Below, in pieces: positions 46,182-56,220 of a stretch of 64,000 nt of DNA; position 1 is the stretch's first letter; each line of letters begins with the position of its first letter. Source of the DNA: Candidatus Saccharimonadota bacterium (GTDB lineage Bacteria > Patescibacteriota > Saccharimonadia > Saccharimonadales > Saccharimonadaceae); contig JAFWLZ010000034.1 of assembly GCA_017510835.1 (NCBI GenBank), positions 607 through 64,606 of the forward strand. The letters run 5' to 3'. A model generated the notes under the pieces. The model worked only from the letters and a program-made list of their open reading frames with translations, was not told the origin of the DNA and searched no databases. A program made the position numbers and the translations under genes.

Positions 46182-47195
46182 ATGGAAAAAATAAACGTAA
46201 ACACTACGGAATCTAATCGCGAAAAAGAGCGACCGATTCTTGGTCAAACAGCGGATGGCGCGACTGTACGAGATAGAGCGTATAGCCACTTTCATACTGA
46301 AGACGGAGTCGTGACGGAAAAACTACTGGCGACAGCGCTGAAGAAGATTGATGCCGGTGGGAGAAGCTACATTGCAGAAGAGGTAAAATTCGATTACGCG
46401 ATAGGATATACTTCCTGCGTCAAAACACAGCCAGACGATGAGGTCGTAATGGTGTTTCGCAAAGGGCGCCCCGGTCGAACGCCGATGAATAAGAGTCGCG
46501 CCAGTAGAGTAACGGATTCGTTGGCGATTATCCTGAATAGAGATCCGGAATTTGGCGACAATAATTACGTTTTGACGACTTGCTTTCCTGGCGAGATTGC
46601 GACACGCGAACCGTGGGATCCGGGAATTAGTTCAGATGAGGAGCGCCAAAAGTGCGAAGAGTTCTGGGCAACACATTCGCTAGCCTATGACGAAAAAGTG
46701 ATCGACATGGAGCGGACGGAAAAATTCAATTCCATGTCAGAGGAAGAAAAAGAATTAGAACTGCTGAGTGAAAAGATTCTATATTCTGGAGTTTTTATCG
46801 ATGCTGATGATTTATATTCGAAAGCGCCGTCATTGCTTGAGAATAGAGTAAAAACGCCGCACATTACGACTTGCTTCAGGCCAAAAGAAGTGGATGAATT
46901 GAATCTCAATAGTCTCGGAAAGGATGTTCGCATTTCTGCGATTGGTTATGGAAACAATGGAAAGAATGAGGGACTTCTAGCTAAACTCGAATCAGACGAT
47001 CCGGAAACACAAAAAGCCTGCGACAAGATCGAGAAACCATTCATTACCCTGTCACTAGCGCCTGGCGCAAGAGCGACAGATACTGGCTCGCTAGAATTCG
47101 TGACGCTTGACGAGCCGATCGAGCTGACCGGAAAATACGGTCTATTTATGCAAGGAAAAGAAGTATTTGAAATCGAAAAGCCTGGCGGCGATTAG
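46182..47195 (+). CDS. hypothetical two-domain protein (337 aa)
   Basis: TGaTAAAAT lies 7 nt upstream of ATG 46182. The C-terminal half has one HxT-like motif (PHITTCF) and a degenerate second one (PFITLSL). This is not enough for a 2H-phosphoesterase call. Confidence 0.6.
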   Translation: MEKINVNTTESNREKERPILGQTADGATVRDRAYSHFHTEDGVVTEKLLATALKKIDAGGRSYIAEEVKFDYAIGYTSCVKTQPDDEVVMVFRKGRPGRTPMNKSRASRVTDSLAIILNRDPEFGDNNYVLTTCFPGEIATREPWDPGISSDEERQKCEEFWATHSLAYDEKVIDMERTEKFNSMSEEEKELELLSEKILYSGVFIDADDLYSKAPSLLENRVKTPHITTCFRPKEVDELNLNSLGKDVRISAIGYGNNGKNEGLLAKLESDDPETQKACDKIEKPFITLSLAPGARATDTGSLEFVTLDEPIELTGKYGLFMQGKEVFEIEKPGGD

Positions 47196-47372
47196 AATTC
47201 CATATCTTCGCCGTCGTTAGACTGGTCGGAATCACCTTCATCTTTGCCGTAGTCTTTGAGCGATTCCCAATCTTCGCCTTCATCGGTATTGAGGTTTTCG
47301 CCGTTATCTTCGGCGCCAGTTTCTTTTTCCCATTTTGATTCGTCGTAAAATTCGTGTTTGCCTTCTTCCATT
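47192..47372 (-). pseudogene. small acidic ORF interrupted by a +1 frame change (or a 22-aa peptide only)
   Basis: AGGAGG lies 5 nt upstream of ATG 47372. The ATG frame gives MEEGKHEFYDEIKMGKRNWRRR*. The +1 frame continues start-less as ..KWEKETGAEDNGENLNTDEGEDWESLKDYGKDEGDSDQSNDGEDMEF* to 47192. Confidence 0.3.
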
Positions 47373-47399
47373 TTTCCTCCTTTTTATAATTGTAGCAAA

Positions 47400-48131
47400 C
47401 TAGTTGTTTTTGATGCCACCAAAGCGACGGTCGCGCGAAGTGTATTCGATTAGTGCTTTATCGAAGTCGTCCTCGTGGAAGTCTGGGAATTTGGTTTTTG
47501 GGAAATAGAATTCGGCGTAGGAATTTTGCCACAATAGGAAGTTGCTGAGGCGAAGTTCCCCACTGGTGCGAATCATAAGATCGACATCTGGGAGATCCTG
47601 GTAGAGGTATTTTGCGAAGTCTTGTTCGGTGAGGTTTTCGATGTCGACGTCTTTGTCTTTCGCGAGTTTTTTAGCAGCGTCAATAATTTCGGCGCGACCG
47701 CCATAGTTGAGACAGAAATTGACGGTGCCGGCAGTGTTGTTTTTGGTTTTCTCGGCGAGTTCGTCGCGGGCTTTCATAACGGATTTCGGGAGCGGCTCAT
47801 TGCGGCCAGAGAAAATAACGCGGATATTGTTATCCATGAATTCTTTGAGATTGTGCTTGTAGAGTAGGACGAAGATATCCATGAGATGGCCAACTTCTTC
47901 GGCGCTGCGCTTGAAGTTTTCGGTTGAGAAGACATAGAAACTAACGTATTCAATACCACGATTGATGATATGTTTCGTGAGCTGCTTGAGATTTTTGAAG
48001 CCAGCGTCGTGGCCCTGCATGCGAGTGAGGCCGCGCTCTTTCGCCCAACGCCCGTTGCCGTCAACAATGATTGCGACGTGACGCGGAATCTTGACGGTCT
48101 GCCCGTCGATAGTGGTGGTTTTGGGTTCCAT
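47400..48131 (-). CDS. uppS: isoprenyl transferase (undecaprenyl-diphosphate synthase)
   Basis: PRHVAIIVDGNGRWAKERGL..., ...RTSGELRLSNFLLWQ. The start is set at ATG 48131 for a typical N-terminal length. A GTG at 48218 is an alternative start. Confidence 0.85.
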   Translation of the reverse strand: MEPKTTTIDGQTVKIPRHVAIIVDGNGRWAKERGLTRMQGHDAGFKNLKQLTKHIINRGIEYVSFYVFSTENFKRSAEEVGHLMDIFVLLYKHNLKEFMDNNIRVIFSGRNEPLPKSVMKARDELAEKTKNNTAGTVNFCLNYGGRAEIIDAAKKLAKDKDVDIENLTEQDFAKYLYQDLPDVDLMIRTSGELRLSNFLLWQNSYAEFYFPKTKFPDFHEDDFDKALIEYTSRDRRFGGIKNN

Positions 48132-48265
48132 ATTAGGGGTAATTATATAATAATTTAGGGGATTTTGGAAGGCGCTCGCAGTGATTACTTTTTCTCTGTT
48201 TTCGCCAATAGTTTTCACAGATTTTTAGGTGTTGTCAAAAAAATGCCGAAAGAGGTTGCTCTGCT

Positions 48266-49309
48266 TTATTTCTCAACCAACAATTTTTTCGTAAAGATTT
48301 GTTTCTTTTTCACAAATTCAATAACGAGGTAGCTCACGAGTGAAATCGCAAACGTGCCGCCAAAATACACGAGATAGCGCTTCACCGGCGACGAAGTCGG
48401 CTGGACGTGATACATAATCACGCGCCCGACGGCATAGTGCCAAATAAAGATTGGCATACTGAGTTTCCCGAGGAAAGAAAGGAAGTTGCATTTAATTCGG
48501 CTAATATAACTCTGTTGCGAGAGCGAGATTATAAGCACAATAATATAAATAACGAGCTGGATATGTGGCGGATAAATTGGATCGATGAAGGCTGACGCAA
48601 CGGCAAATGTAATACCGCCAAGCTCAATCAAAGTCAAAGCCGCAAGCACCCATTTGCGTAGTTTGACTTTCGCAAACTCTTGAACAACATCATAAATAAA
48701 CATGCCAATAAACATTGCCGCAAAGGCTTTCAAAACGCAACTGACTGGATCGAAGGCGGAAATGACCGGAATCGAAACATAGAAGAAATACGCAAAGACA
48801 AGGCCGATAATACCGAAGAAGCGACGATATTTGCTCTGACAAACATAGCAGAAGAATGGCATCGCAACAAGCAGTGCCGAAAGATACCAGAGCGGGCCAA
48901 GCTGACGAATTGGATATGAGAAGAAAGTAACCGGCAAAAGAATAATCTCGGAAAACATGTCGCGGAATCCGCCGATAAAAGCACCTAAGCCGCCAGACGT
49001 AAGAAGATTAATATTCCTTGCAAAATACGTAATTGGAACTGCCAATAATAAGTACGGCAAGAATGGCAAAAACTTATGTGCCGTATAGGAAAAGGCGGTT
49101 TTGCCGCGCTCTTCCGGCGAGGCGCTGGCGCGCATTTTTGCAAAGTGCGCAACCGTAAAATAACCGCTCAAAATAAAGAAGAAATCGACAAACATATACG
49201 AAGCATAGGTCTTCTCAAACAATAAGTCCGTGTGGCAGAACATTATCATGACGGCAGCGATAAACCGATACAAATCGATAATATTATTACGTTTTTTCGC
49301 CTCTTTCAT
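48266..49309 (-). CDS. acyltransferase family 3 membrane protein
   Basis: NIIDLYRFIAAVMIMFCHT opening and about 10 TM helices. Confidence 0.75.
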   Translation of the reverse strand: MKEAKKRNNIIDLYRFIAAVMIMFCHTDLLFEKTYASYMFVDFFFILSGYFTVAHFAKMRASASPEERGKTAFSYTAHKFLPFLPYLLLAVPITYFARNINLLTSGGLGAFIGGFRDMFSEIILLPVTFFSYPIRQLGPLWYLSALLVAMPFFCYVCQSKYRRFFGIIGLVFAYFFYVSIPVISAFDPVSCVLKAFAAMFIGMFIYDVVQEFAKVKLRKWVLAALTLIELGGITFAVASAFIDPIYPPHIQLVIYIIVLIISLSQQSYISRIKCNFLSFLGKLSMPIFIWHYAVGRVIMYHVQPTSSPVKRYLVYFGGTFAISLVSYLVIEFVKKKQIFTKKLLVEK

Positions 49310-49347
49310 ACTGTAAAAAGTATAGCATACTCTGTTAAAATAGCTTT

Positions 49348-49932
49348 ATGGAAGAAACGCCAAAAAAGCAGAAAAACTTATTGCTCATTTCCCTACTAAT
49401 TTTCATCGCTGAATATATCGGCCTGATTGGTTGGTACTGGTTATTCGACGGACGCGCGGGCGACGCGACGCTCACGATTAGTCGTTACGTCGGTTTGAAC
49501 TGGTGGAGTTCCCTGATTTTTTGCGCGGGCAATATGGCGATTATCGTGATGGTCGTCTACTACCTACTCACGCGTGCGAAAGAACGCGGCGCGCTTTGGC
49601 GCATGTTGATGTATGTTTTCGTAATCGCATTCATGGCGCTATCAATCAGCCCGCACGTGCCAGACGAAAGCATGCCGGCCGTCATTCATAAATTCTTTGC
49701 AGGCGTAATGTTCGTAGATATTGCGCTGATTAGTCTTCTTTCAATTGCGAAAGCACAGCGTAAAAGTACACTCATTTTCGCAGTGTTTTTCACGATTTAT
49801 TCGGTCTACTTCTGTATCTCGGACGTGCTACGCGTGCCGTATTTTATGGATCTGATTCTTTGGTTCGAATCAGCCTATCTCTACGCATTCTTCGCTCTGC
49901 TCATATTGACAGAGCGCGATAATATGCTATAA
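49348..49932 (+). CDS. membrane protein, unknown function (194 aa)
   Basis: TGtTAAAAT lies 6 nt upstream of ATG 49348. Five or six TM helices. Confidence 0.55.
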   Translation: MEETPKKQKNLLLISLLIFIAEYIGLIGWYWLFDGRAGDATLTISRYVGLNWWSSLIFCAGNMAIIVMVVYYLLTRAKERGALWRMLMYVFVIAFMALSISPHVPDESMPAVIHKFFAGVMFVDIALISLLSIAKAQRKSTLIFAVFFTIYSVYFCISDVLRVPYFMDLILWFESAYLYAFFALLILTERDNML

Positions 49933-49965
49933 TATAGACATATCTTTTGGCGAGGGGGTGAGCAT

Positions 49966-50544
49966 ATGGATATGTTCATTGACAGATGGAAATCATTTAA
50001 TTTTTCAAATAATGAGATAGATATTGTTTGTGACGCAATCGAGAACCTGCTTTTTAAGGATTTCTTCGAATCGGAAAACACCTTGTTATCGATTCATTGT
50101 TCCGAAGATAATGACAACGAGATGGATCGCGTTATATTCTGCCGCAACAAAGTCGATCCGGAAATTGAGCAACTCGGCTACACCTTTGCATTTAGATCCT
50201 TTGATGATTTTTATGCAGAGGTATACGATTACCCTGTGCCGCAAACTTTTTCTAGTACAATCCAAATTCAAGACACTACTATTTACATTTATATGATTGG
50301 CATCAAATTTAGTAGTGGCTATGTATTCATGTTTGCACTGGCAAATAATCTTCTAGATTTACAAAACTCTTGCACTAGCATGTTCGGCCTAATGTTAACC
50401 GTTTGCAAGATGCTTGGACGTCGTGATGTTTCAGCAAAGGTGCTCGCAAATATATTAGAAAACGACGATATAAAGAATTTAGAAAAGACAACACAAAATT
50501 TAATATGCGAAAAAGTTGAAAAATTATTAGAAAACCATCCATAA
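49966..50544 (+). CDS. hypothetical protein (192 aa)
   Basis: SD GGGGGTG lies 5 nt upstream. No motif recognised. Confidence 0.55.
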   Translation: MDMFIDRWKSFNFSNNEIDIVCDAIENLLFKDFFESENTLLSIHCSEDNDNEMDRVIFCRNKVDPEIEQLGYTFAFRSFDDFYAEVYDYPVPQTFSSTIQIQDTTIYIYMIGIKFSSGYVFMFALANNLLDLQNSCTSMFGLMLTVCKMLGRRDVSAKVLANILENDDIKNLEKTTQNLICEKVEKLLENHP

Positions 50545-50546
50545 AA

Positions 50547-50575
50547 ATACCGCCCTGCGATCGGGGCGGTATTTT
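50547..50575. terminator. bidirectional terminator
   Basis: ATACCGCCC...GGGCGGTAT hairpin flanked by AAAAA and TTTT. Confidence 0.6.
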
Positions 50576-51683
50576 AATCGCTAATATCTGCGTCGAGCGT
50601 AACGTCAAGGAGATAATCCGGAATCGACTCGCTAGCTTCGCGACAGAATTTTTGATAGTATTGCAGGCGGTTGGGTGTTGTAAAATCTACAACAATATCA
50701 AAGGAGATCTCACGATCCTTTTGATCAACATGAAAACCGTGAATATTGATAATATGTTCATAGCGATGACAAATATCATTTACTTTTTGCCATAATTTCT
50801 CTACTTCCGGATTGCTTAGGTCAATCGCATACACGCCAATCGAACTAAGAATAATATGATGCTTGCGATAGATTTCTTTCTGAATGCTGCGCGTCAAATC
50901 ATCAATATCGGAAGCGGTCATTTTATGATCGATTTCGATATTTACAGAAGCAACCGTCGTTCCGTTGCCATAATCATGCATAACCAAATCGAAAGCGCCG
51001 TTCACGCCGGTAAACTTATTGATGCTATTTTTAATACGATGACTAATCTCTGGGCTGACACGTTCGCCAAGAATAGTACTAAAGGCGCTGCGGATAAGAC
51101 GAATGCCGGAATATAGAATGAAGAAGGAAATCCCTGCGGCGAGATAAGCTTCGACTTCCAGACCGGTAGTGTAGAAGATAATTATCGCTGCAAGCGTGGC
51201 GGCGGAAATAATTGCATCATAAAGTGCATCAAGACCGGAGCCAATTAACGAGCCGGACTTCAACTTTTTTCCGCGACGATGAACGTAGAGCCCAAGTAAA
51301 ATCTTCACAACAATTGCAACCGAAACAACAATCACTGTCTGCACAGAATAATTTACTTCCGGCGGATTGAAAATTTTCTTCGTTGATTCGACGAGCGCGG
51401 TTAGACCAATATAAATAATCAGTATCGCAATGATAACAGTGCTAAGATATTCGGCACGACCATGCCCTATCGGATGTTTTTTGTCCGGACCTTTGCCAGC
51501 AAAGTGTGCACCAATAATCGTAACGATGCTCGAGAGCGAATCGCTAAAATTATTCACTGCATCGAGAATAATAGCAATAGAATTTGATAGCAAACCGACA
51601 AAAATCTTAAAGCCTGCCAAGGCGAGATTAACGATAATTCCAAGAATAGAAACGCGGATGATTTTGCGGTTGCGTGCTTTCAT
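50574..51683 (-). CDS. cation diffusion facilitator (CDF) family transporter
   Basis: NLALAGFKIFVGLLSNSIAIILDAVNNFSDSLSS..., six TM helices and a C-terminal cytoplasmic domain. TGcTAAAAT lies 6 nt upstream of ATG 51683. Confidence 0.85.
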   Translation of the reverse strand: MKARNRKIIRVSILGIIVNLALAGFKIFVGLLSNSIAIILDAVNNFSDSLSSIVTIIGAHFAGKGPDKKHPIGHGRAEYLSTVIIAILIIYIGLTALVESTKKIFNPPEVNYSVQTVIVVSVAIVVKILLGLYVHRRGKKLKSGSLIGSGLDALYDAIISAATLAAIIIFYTTGLEVEAYLAAGISFFILYSGIRLIRSAFSTILGERVSPEISHRIKNSINKFTGVNGAFDLVMHDYGNGTTVASVNIEIDHKMTASDIDDLTRSIQKEIYRKHHIILSSIGVYAIDLSNPEVEKLWQKVNDICHRYEHIINIHGFHVDQKDREISFDIVVDFTTPNRLQYYQKFCREASESIPDYLLDVTLDADISD

Positions 51684-51700
51684 ATATATATTTTAGCAAT

Positions 51701-51730
51701 AAAAAGCCACGGATTGTTAAAATCCATGGC
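51701..51730 (-). terminator. intrinsic terminator after 51758..52261
   Basis: On the minus strand: GCCATGGAT...ATCCGTGGC hairpin with one mismatch, followed by TTTTT. Confidence 0.5.
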
Positions 51731-51757
51731 TCTTTTCACAGACTACGATGTTAATAC

Positions 51758-52261
51758 TTAAGATGCTTTTCTGTGATTCTCCAAAACTACCATACAACCA
51801 CTGCGAGCTTTGTCGTCGATTGACTTTAACCTTGAATAACCTTCACTAATTAAGGACTCAGCTGTAGTGTTAATATGAATACACTCCTCAGGCAAAACTC
51901 CAGCCATAGTCTTCTGCAAAATTTCATAGTGGAAATATGGCTGACCTTCGTCATTGATCTGGCAGTTTAAGAAAACATACTTAATAGTTGTCTTATCGTC
52001 AGTACTATACTGCTCTTTCTCGATGAGCGAGAATGATTTATGAGCAGAAAGAACTAAACTGCATTCTTTTGCTGGATAGGCATGCTTAATCTCGTCAGTC
52101 GGAGTAAATAGTAATTTTACTTTTCCGCCAGGCGTAAGGTTTACTTCATCGAGCGAATACCATCCGGAAACGATATTATTCATGAAGTGTGCCGTTCCTC
52201 TAATAGACATCTCGATTGTCATGTCATCCAATCCATCAATACGATAATCTGTTTTTAACAT
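51758..52261 (-). CDS. hypothetical protein (167 aa)
   Basis: SD GAGGAG lies upstream. No motif recognised. Confidence 0.55.
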   Translation of the reverse strand: MLKTDYRIDGLDDMTIEMSIRGTAHFMNNIVSGWYSLDEVNLTPGGKVKLLFTPTDEIKHAYPAKECSLVLSAHKSFSLIEKEQYSTDDKTTIKYVFLNCQINDEGQPYFHYEILQKTMAGVLPEECIHINTTAESLISEGYSRLKSIDDKARSGCMVVLENHRKAS

Positions 52262-52366
52262 AGGTGCTCCTCAAAGTTTAATGCCCTCCGGCAATAAATT
52301 TAGACCACGTGAGGCTATGTGGTCCATTTGATTATTTTACAATTTTTTCTAAAAAATGTCTAGAGT

Positions 52367-53797
52367 TTATTTTGCACCAACGTGTTTAAATACGGCGACG
52401 ATTGTGCGGACAAAAATCGAAATATCAAGAGCGATTGACCAGTTCTGGACATAATACACATCAAGGGCGCGGCGCTCATTGAAGGAAATGTCGCGACGAC
52501 CAGAGACCTGCGCAAGACCGGTTAGTCCGGATTTAACAGAAAGAATGAGGCTGCGGTCACCATAAGATTTTAGCTCAGCTGGTTGGAGGGCACGTGGACC
52601 AATTAGCGAAATATCGCCTTTTAGAATGTTGAAGAATTGCGGTAATTCGTCGAGTGAGGTTTTGCGTAGGAAAGTACCGAGCTTTGTGTAGCGCGGGTCG
52701 TTTGCGAGATAATCGCCCTGCTCGCGATACTTTTTCGATAACTCTGGCTTGCCCATTTTTTCGAAAGCCTGTTCTGGCGTGAGGCCCGAATATTCTTGCT
52801 TCATGCTACGGAATTTATAAAGACCAAATTCTTTGTCAAAGCGCGTAAGTCGGATATCTTTGTAGATAGCTGGTGCTTTTGGCTCGGCGATTTTTTGCAT
52901 AATAAATACAACGAGCATAAATGGCGAAGTAATAATAATAAACAGTAAGCTCAGAACAATATCAGCAAAGCGTTTCAAAACGCGAGCAGCACCATGAAGT
53001 GGCGTTGTACGAATTAGTACAATCGGAGTCGCAGCAATCCATTCTACTCTGCCGCTAAGCGTAATAATCGAGTCGTTTGCTGGCGAGTAATAATAGAGTG
53101 CATGATGATTGATCGCGACGCGGTTCACTTCTTCAATATTCTTGCCGCCGGTATGAATAATTGCGTCTGGGCGGAGATTTTTGACGGCAGTATCGAGCGA
53201 ATCGTATTGACGTTTTTTCCATTCGTCTGGAACATATTTGTCACGCGCGACGACGCCGACAACCTTGAAACCAGTTTCCGGCCAAATGCCCATCAGGAGC
53301 TGAGTAGTATTCGGGCTGTCACCAACAATTACTGTGCGAATTAGGCCAACGTTGCGACGCAAGAAGAAACGACGGACGCCAGAAATAATTCCGCGCTCGA
53401 TCACTAAGGAAAGGAAGCAAAAGACCGCTGTCAAAACCGCGATGCCGCGTACTGGAAATAGCGAGCTCGATGCGATGGTTGTATTGTTTATGAAAAAGTC
53501 ATAAGTAATAATCGACATAACGCCAAGGATGCTCGCAATGAAAAGACGGCCAACGAGAGCCATCGGGCGGCTAAGCACACCGCGTTTATATACGCCTAGA
53601 CATAATAGGATAATCAGCCAAATTGGAAGAAGGATTAAGTTTGCAATAATAAAGTCCATTAATTCCGAAGTAAAGAAGTATGGACGAAAATCAATGTGAG
53701 TGCGGAAATAGTAAGCAAATGAGAACGAGAAAATAATCGCCAACGCGTCGCCAATTAGCAAACAGATGCGATAAATAAATCCTGGTTCTTTTCTCAT
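52367..53797 (-). CDS. polyprenyl-phosphate glycosyl-1-phosphate transferase (bacterial sugar transferase, WbaP/EpsL-like)
   Basis: N-terminal TM block and a C-terminal KRFADIVLSLLFIIITSPFMLVV...DELPQFFNILKGDISLIGPRA domain. TGGTATAAT lies 7 nt upstream of the ATG. Confidence 0.85.
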   Translation of the reverse strand: MRKEPGFIYRICLLIGDALAIIFSFSFAYYFRTHIDFRPYFFTSELMDFIIANLILLPIWLIILLCLGVYKRGVLSRPMALVGRLFIASILGVMSIITYDFFINNTTIASSSLFPVRGIAVLTAVFCFLSLVIERGIISGVRRFFLRRNVGLIRTVIVGDSPNTTQLLMGIWPETGFKVVGVVARDKYVPDEWKKRQYDSLDTAVKNLRPDAIIHTGGKNIEEVNRVAINHHALYYYSPANDSIITLSGRVEWIAATPIVLIRTTPLHGAARVLKRFADIVLSLLFIIITSPFMLVVFIMQKIAEPKAPAIYKDIRLTRFDKEFGLYKFRSMKQEYSGLTPEQAFEKMGKPELSKKYREQGDYLANDPRYTKLGTFLRKTSLDELPQFFNILKGDISLIGPRALQPAELKSYGDRSLILSVKSGLTGLAQVSGRRDISFNERRALDVYYVQNWSIALDISIFVRTIVAVFKHVGAK

Positions 53798-53815
53798 CCC
53801 TGTTATTATACCATT

Positions 53816-54181
53816 TTATGCTTTTATTGCGATGTTTAGTAACTTGGCGGCGGCCTTCAGTGTCGCGATGTCGTCTTTAATTCCCTGACTGTCCGGATTC
53901 TCGGCGAGCTTTGCTTCGAGTTCGGCGATGTGTTTCTCGATAAGTTTTTGCGTTTCTTCGTGTGTTTCGAGTGGAATTACCTCAAGGGTGCGTGCGGCGT
54001 TTGGAATTTTCTTTAAGTAACCCGCCTTTTCACAATTCGAGATGTGCTCTGCTACGGCTGAAACTGAGCTTAGCCCCATCGCACGCTGAATCTCGCGATA
54101 GGACGGTGAATAGTCATGCTCGATCGTAAAATCTTGAATAAATTTCAGAAGTTTTTGCTGCTTTTTGGTCGGCGTATTCAT
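53816..54181 (-). CDS. LexA-type winged-helix DNA-binding domain protein without S24 peptidase domain
   Basis: KKQQKLLKFIQDFTIEHDYSPSYREIQRAMGLSSVSAVAEHISNCEKAGYLK matches the LexA N-domain pattern. The C-terminus is a short coiled coil. Confidence 0.6.
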   Translation of the reverse strand: MNTPTKKQQKLLKFIQDFTIEHDYSPSYREIQRAMGLSSVSAVAEHISNCEKAGYLKKIPNAARTLEVIPLETHEETQKLIEKHIAELEAKLAENPDSQGIKDDIATLKAAAKLLNIAIKA

Positions 54182-54939
54182 GGAAGCTCCTTGCGAATTT
54201 GTTTTTCGAGCCTGCGATTAAAGCGTCGTTCAAGTCGAGCAAAGGTCTTCGGACCGAGCACTTTATAGCCGGTGCGGCTAGCAAAATTTTTGAAAGCTTC
54301 AATGCGCGTATGCCAAGTCGAAGCGTAATGATGATAAGCGATTGTATTTTCCGTGCTTTCGTCTTTGCCGGTCATGTAATGTTTCGGGCTGAAATATTCG
54401 CGCGAGAAAACTGCAAACTCATCATTATATACGCGCGTTTCGCCGTCGAGTTTGAGCGGCCAAAAATCTTTAGCATAAACCGATGGGCTGTGAACGGTTT
54501 TTAGGAAAGTATTTGTTGTAATAATTTGCGAAGTATCAGCGAGTTCGTAGCGCTTCAAAATCTTACCAATCCAAGGCGAATGTTTTTCAGCACCAAAAGC
54601 AGCGGTCGTGAACCAGAAATTCGATTCCCAACCGGCGACGGCTTTATATTTCGTAAGCGGCGTGAGCGATTTACGCAATTCAACGTCCGTATCAAAGTAA
54701 AATCCGCCCTCCGTATACACGGCATACATGCGAATAATATCGGCTGCGAGCGCCCAACGTTTTTCGTCGATAGCTTTTTTGACGAGCGGATATTTTTTTA
54801 AATCAATGTCTTTCTCGGTCCAGTGTTTAATTTTAAAATCTGGGTTAAGACGACGCCAGCCTTCAATGAAAACTTGATCGCGTTTTGGAATTGGTTTTGT
54901 GCCAACCCAGACGTAGTGGATGATTTTTGGAATCGCCAC
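54178..54939 (-). CDS. glycosyltransferase, GT32-like (DXD sugar transferase)
   Basis: IPKIIHYVWVG opening, ADIIRMYAVYTEGGFYFDTDVEL. Confidence 0.7.
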   Translation of the reverse strand: MAIPKIIHYVWVGTKPIPKRDQVFIEGWRRLNPDFKIKHWTEKDIDLKKYPLVKKAIDEKRWALAADIIRMYAVYTEGGFYFDTDVELRKSLTPLTKYKAVAGWESNFWFTTAAFGAEKHSPWIGKILKRYELADTSQIITTNTFLKTVHSPSVYAKDFWPLKLDGETRVYNDEFAVFSREYFSPKHYMTGKDESTENTIAYHHYASTWHTRIEAFKNFASRTGYKVLGPKTFARLERRFNRRLEKQIRKELP

Positions 54940-56207
54940 TATTCTCCCCTTTCGCGATTATCTAAAACTTGCTGGTAAATTTCTTCCATACGCGTTAGCG
55001 TGTGACTAATGTCATGCTTAGCAGCACGTTTTACGCTCTCATCTGACATCTTTGCGCGGCGATCTTTGTCGTTCAAGATTTTGACTAAGCCGTTTGCAAC
55101 CGCATTAACATCATCCGCTTCGCAGAGATAGCCGTTTTTATTCGTTTTGACGAGTTCGTGAATTGCACCAGCATCAACTGCGACACATGGCAATCCGCTT
55201 GCCATTGCTTCCATTAAAACGATGCTTTGCGTTTCGGTTTTGCTCGTGATTGCAAATACTGTGCCAGTGCGATAAAGCTGCGGCAAATTGTCACCAATCA
55301 CACGACCAAGAAAATGCGCATGGTCACTTAATCCGGCCTTTTCAATTTGCGCTTCGAGTTTCGGACGAGCAGTACCATCGCCGACTACGACAAGATGGGC
55401 GTCAGACACTTTTTCGTGCGCTTTGATAAATGCGCTCATCAAAATGTCGAGAGATTTTTCTGGATCGACGCGACCGACGTATAGGACAATTGGTTTTGTT
55501 TTTGGAATATTATATTCTTCGTAGATTTCTGGGTTCGCCTTGCCCTTTGCGAAACGAGAGAGATCAATGCCGTTGCTGAGTGCCTCGACTGGAACCTTGA
55601 ATGGTTTACGTTTTTGTGGGATGAGATCTGCGACCGCCTGCTCGGTCGGCATCGTGGCATATTCACTGCGCTTCAAAAAACTCACAAAATACTTATTCAT
55701 CATGGCATTAATCGGCTTCTTTGCAGCGCGTGGAAGTTTTAATTGTTGCGTAAGATTGTCCGGGTAGGCATGGTCGGTCGAAACGAGCGGGATGTCATTT
55801 TTCTTTGCATAGCGAAAAACTGCAAGTGCGACCGGGCCCGGCGTCTGATCATGAATGATGTCCGGCTGGAAATCGTCGAGCACTCTTTTAATCGTGCGAT
55901 AGCAATTCAGGCTGACATTGAGGCCGTTTTTATAGTAGACTTTCGGCAGTTTAACACCAAGAATATCTTTCGCTTCAGGAACTTTATTAATTTGATCTGG
56001 ATAAACATGGATCTTGCGAGATTTAAGGCGAATGACCGTGAAGCCATATTCTTCGTCTTTCTCGACTTTGAATTTGCCATCAATGCTCGGTGCGAGCACC
56101 ATGACTTTATGACCGCGCTTCTTGAGACCGGCGGCGAGATTGCGCGAAAAAACTGCAACACCGTTTATCATCGGGTAATAGATATCCGTCGAAATGACAA
56201 TTTTCAT
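54939..56207 (-). CDS. glycosyltransferase family 4
   Basis: ORF 54939..56498 trimmed to ATG 56207 (MKIVISTDIYYPMINGVAVFSRNL). The C-terminal E-x7-E region reads TETQSIVLMEAMASGLPCV. Confidence 0.8.
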   Translation of the reverse strand: MKIVISTDIYYPMINGVAVFSRNLAAGLKKRGHKVMVLAPSIDGKFKVEKDEEYGFTVIRLKSRKIHVYPDQINKVPEAKDILGVKLPKVYYKNGLNVSLNCYRTIKRVLDDFQPDIIHDQTPGPVALAVFRYAKKNDIPLVSTDHAYPDNLTQQLKLPRAAKKPINAMMNKYFVSFLKRSEYATMPTEQAVADLIPQKRKPFKVPVEALSNGIDLSRFAKGKANPEIYEEYNIPKTKPIVLYVGRVDPEKSLDILMSAFIKAHEKVSDAHLVVVGDGTARPKLEAQIEKAGLSDHAHFLGRVIGDNLPQLYRTGTVFAITSKTETQSIVLMEAMASGLPCVAVDAGAIHELVKTNKNGYLCEADDVNAVANGLVKILNDKDRRAKMSDESVKRAAKHDISHTLTRMEEIYQQVLDNRERGE

Positions 56208-56220
56208 TATTATAATTATA

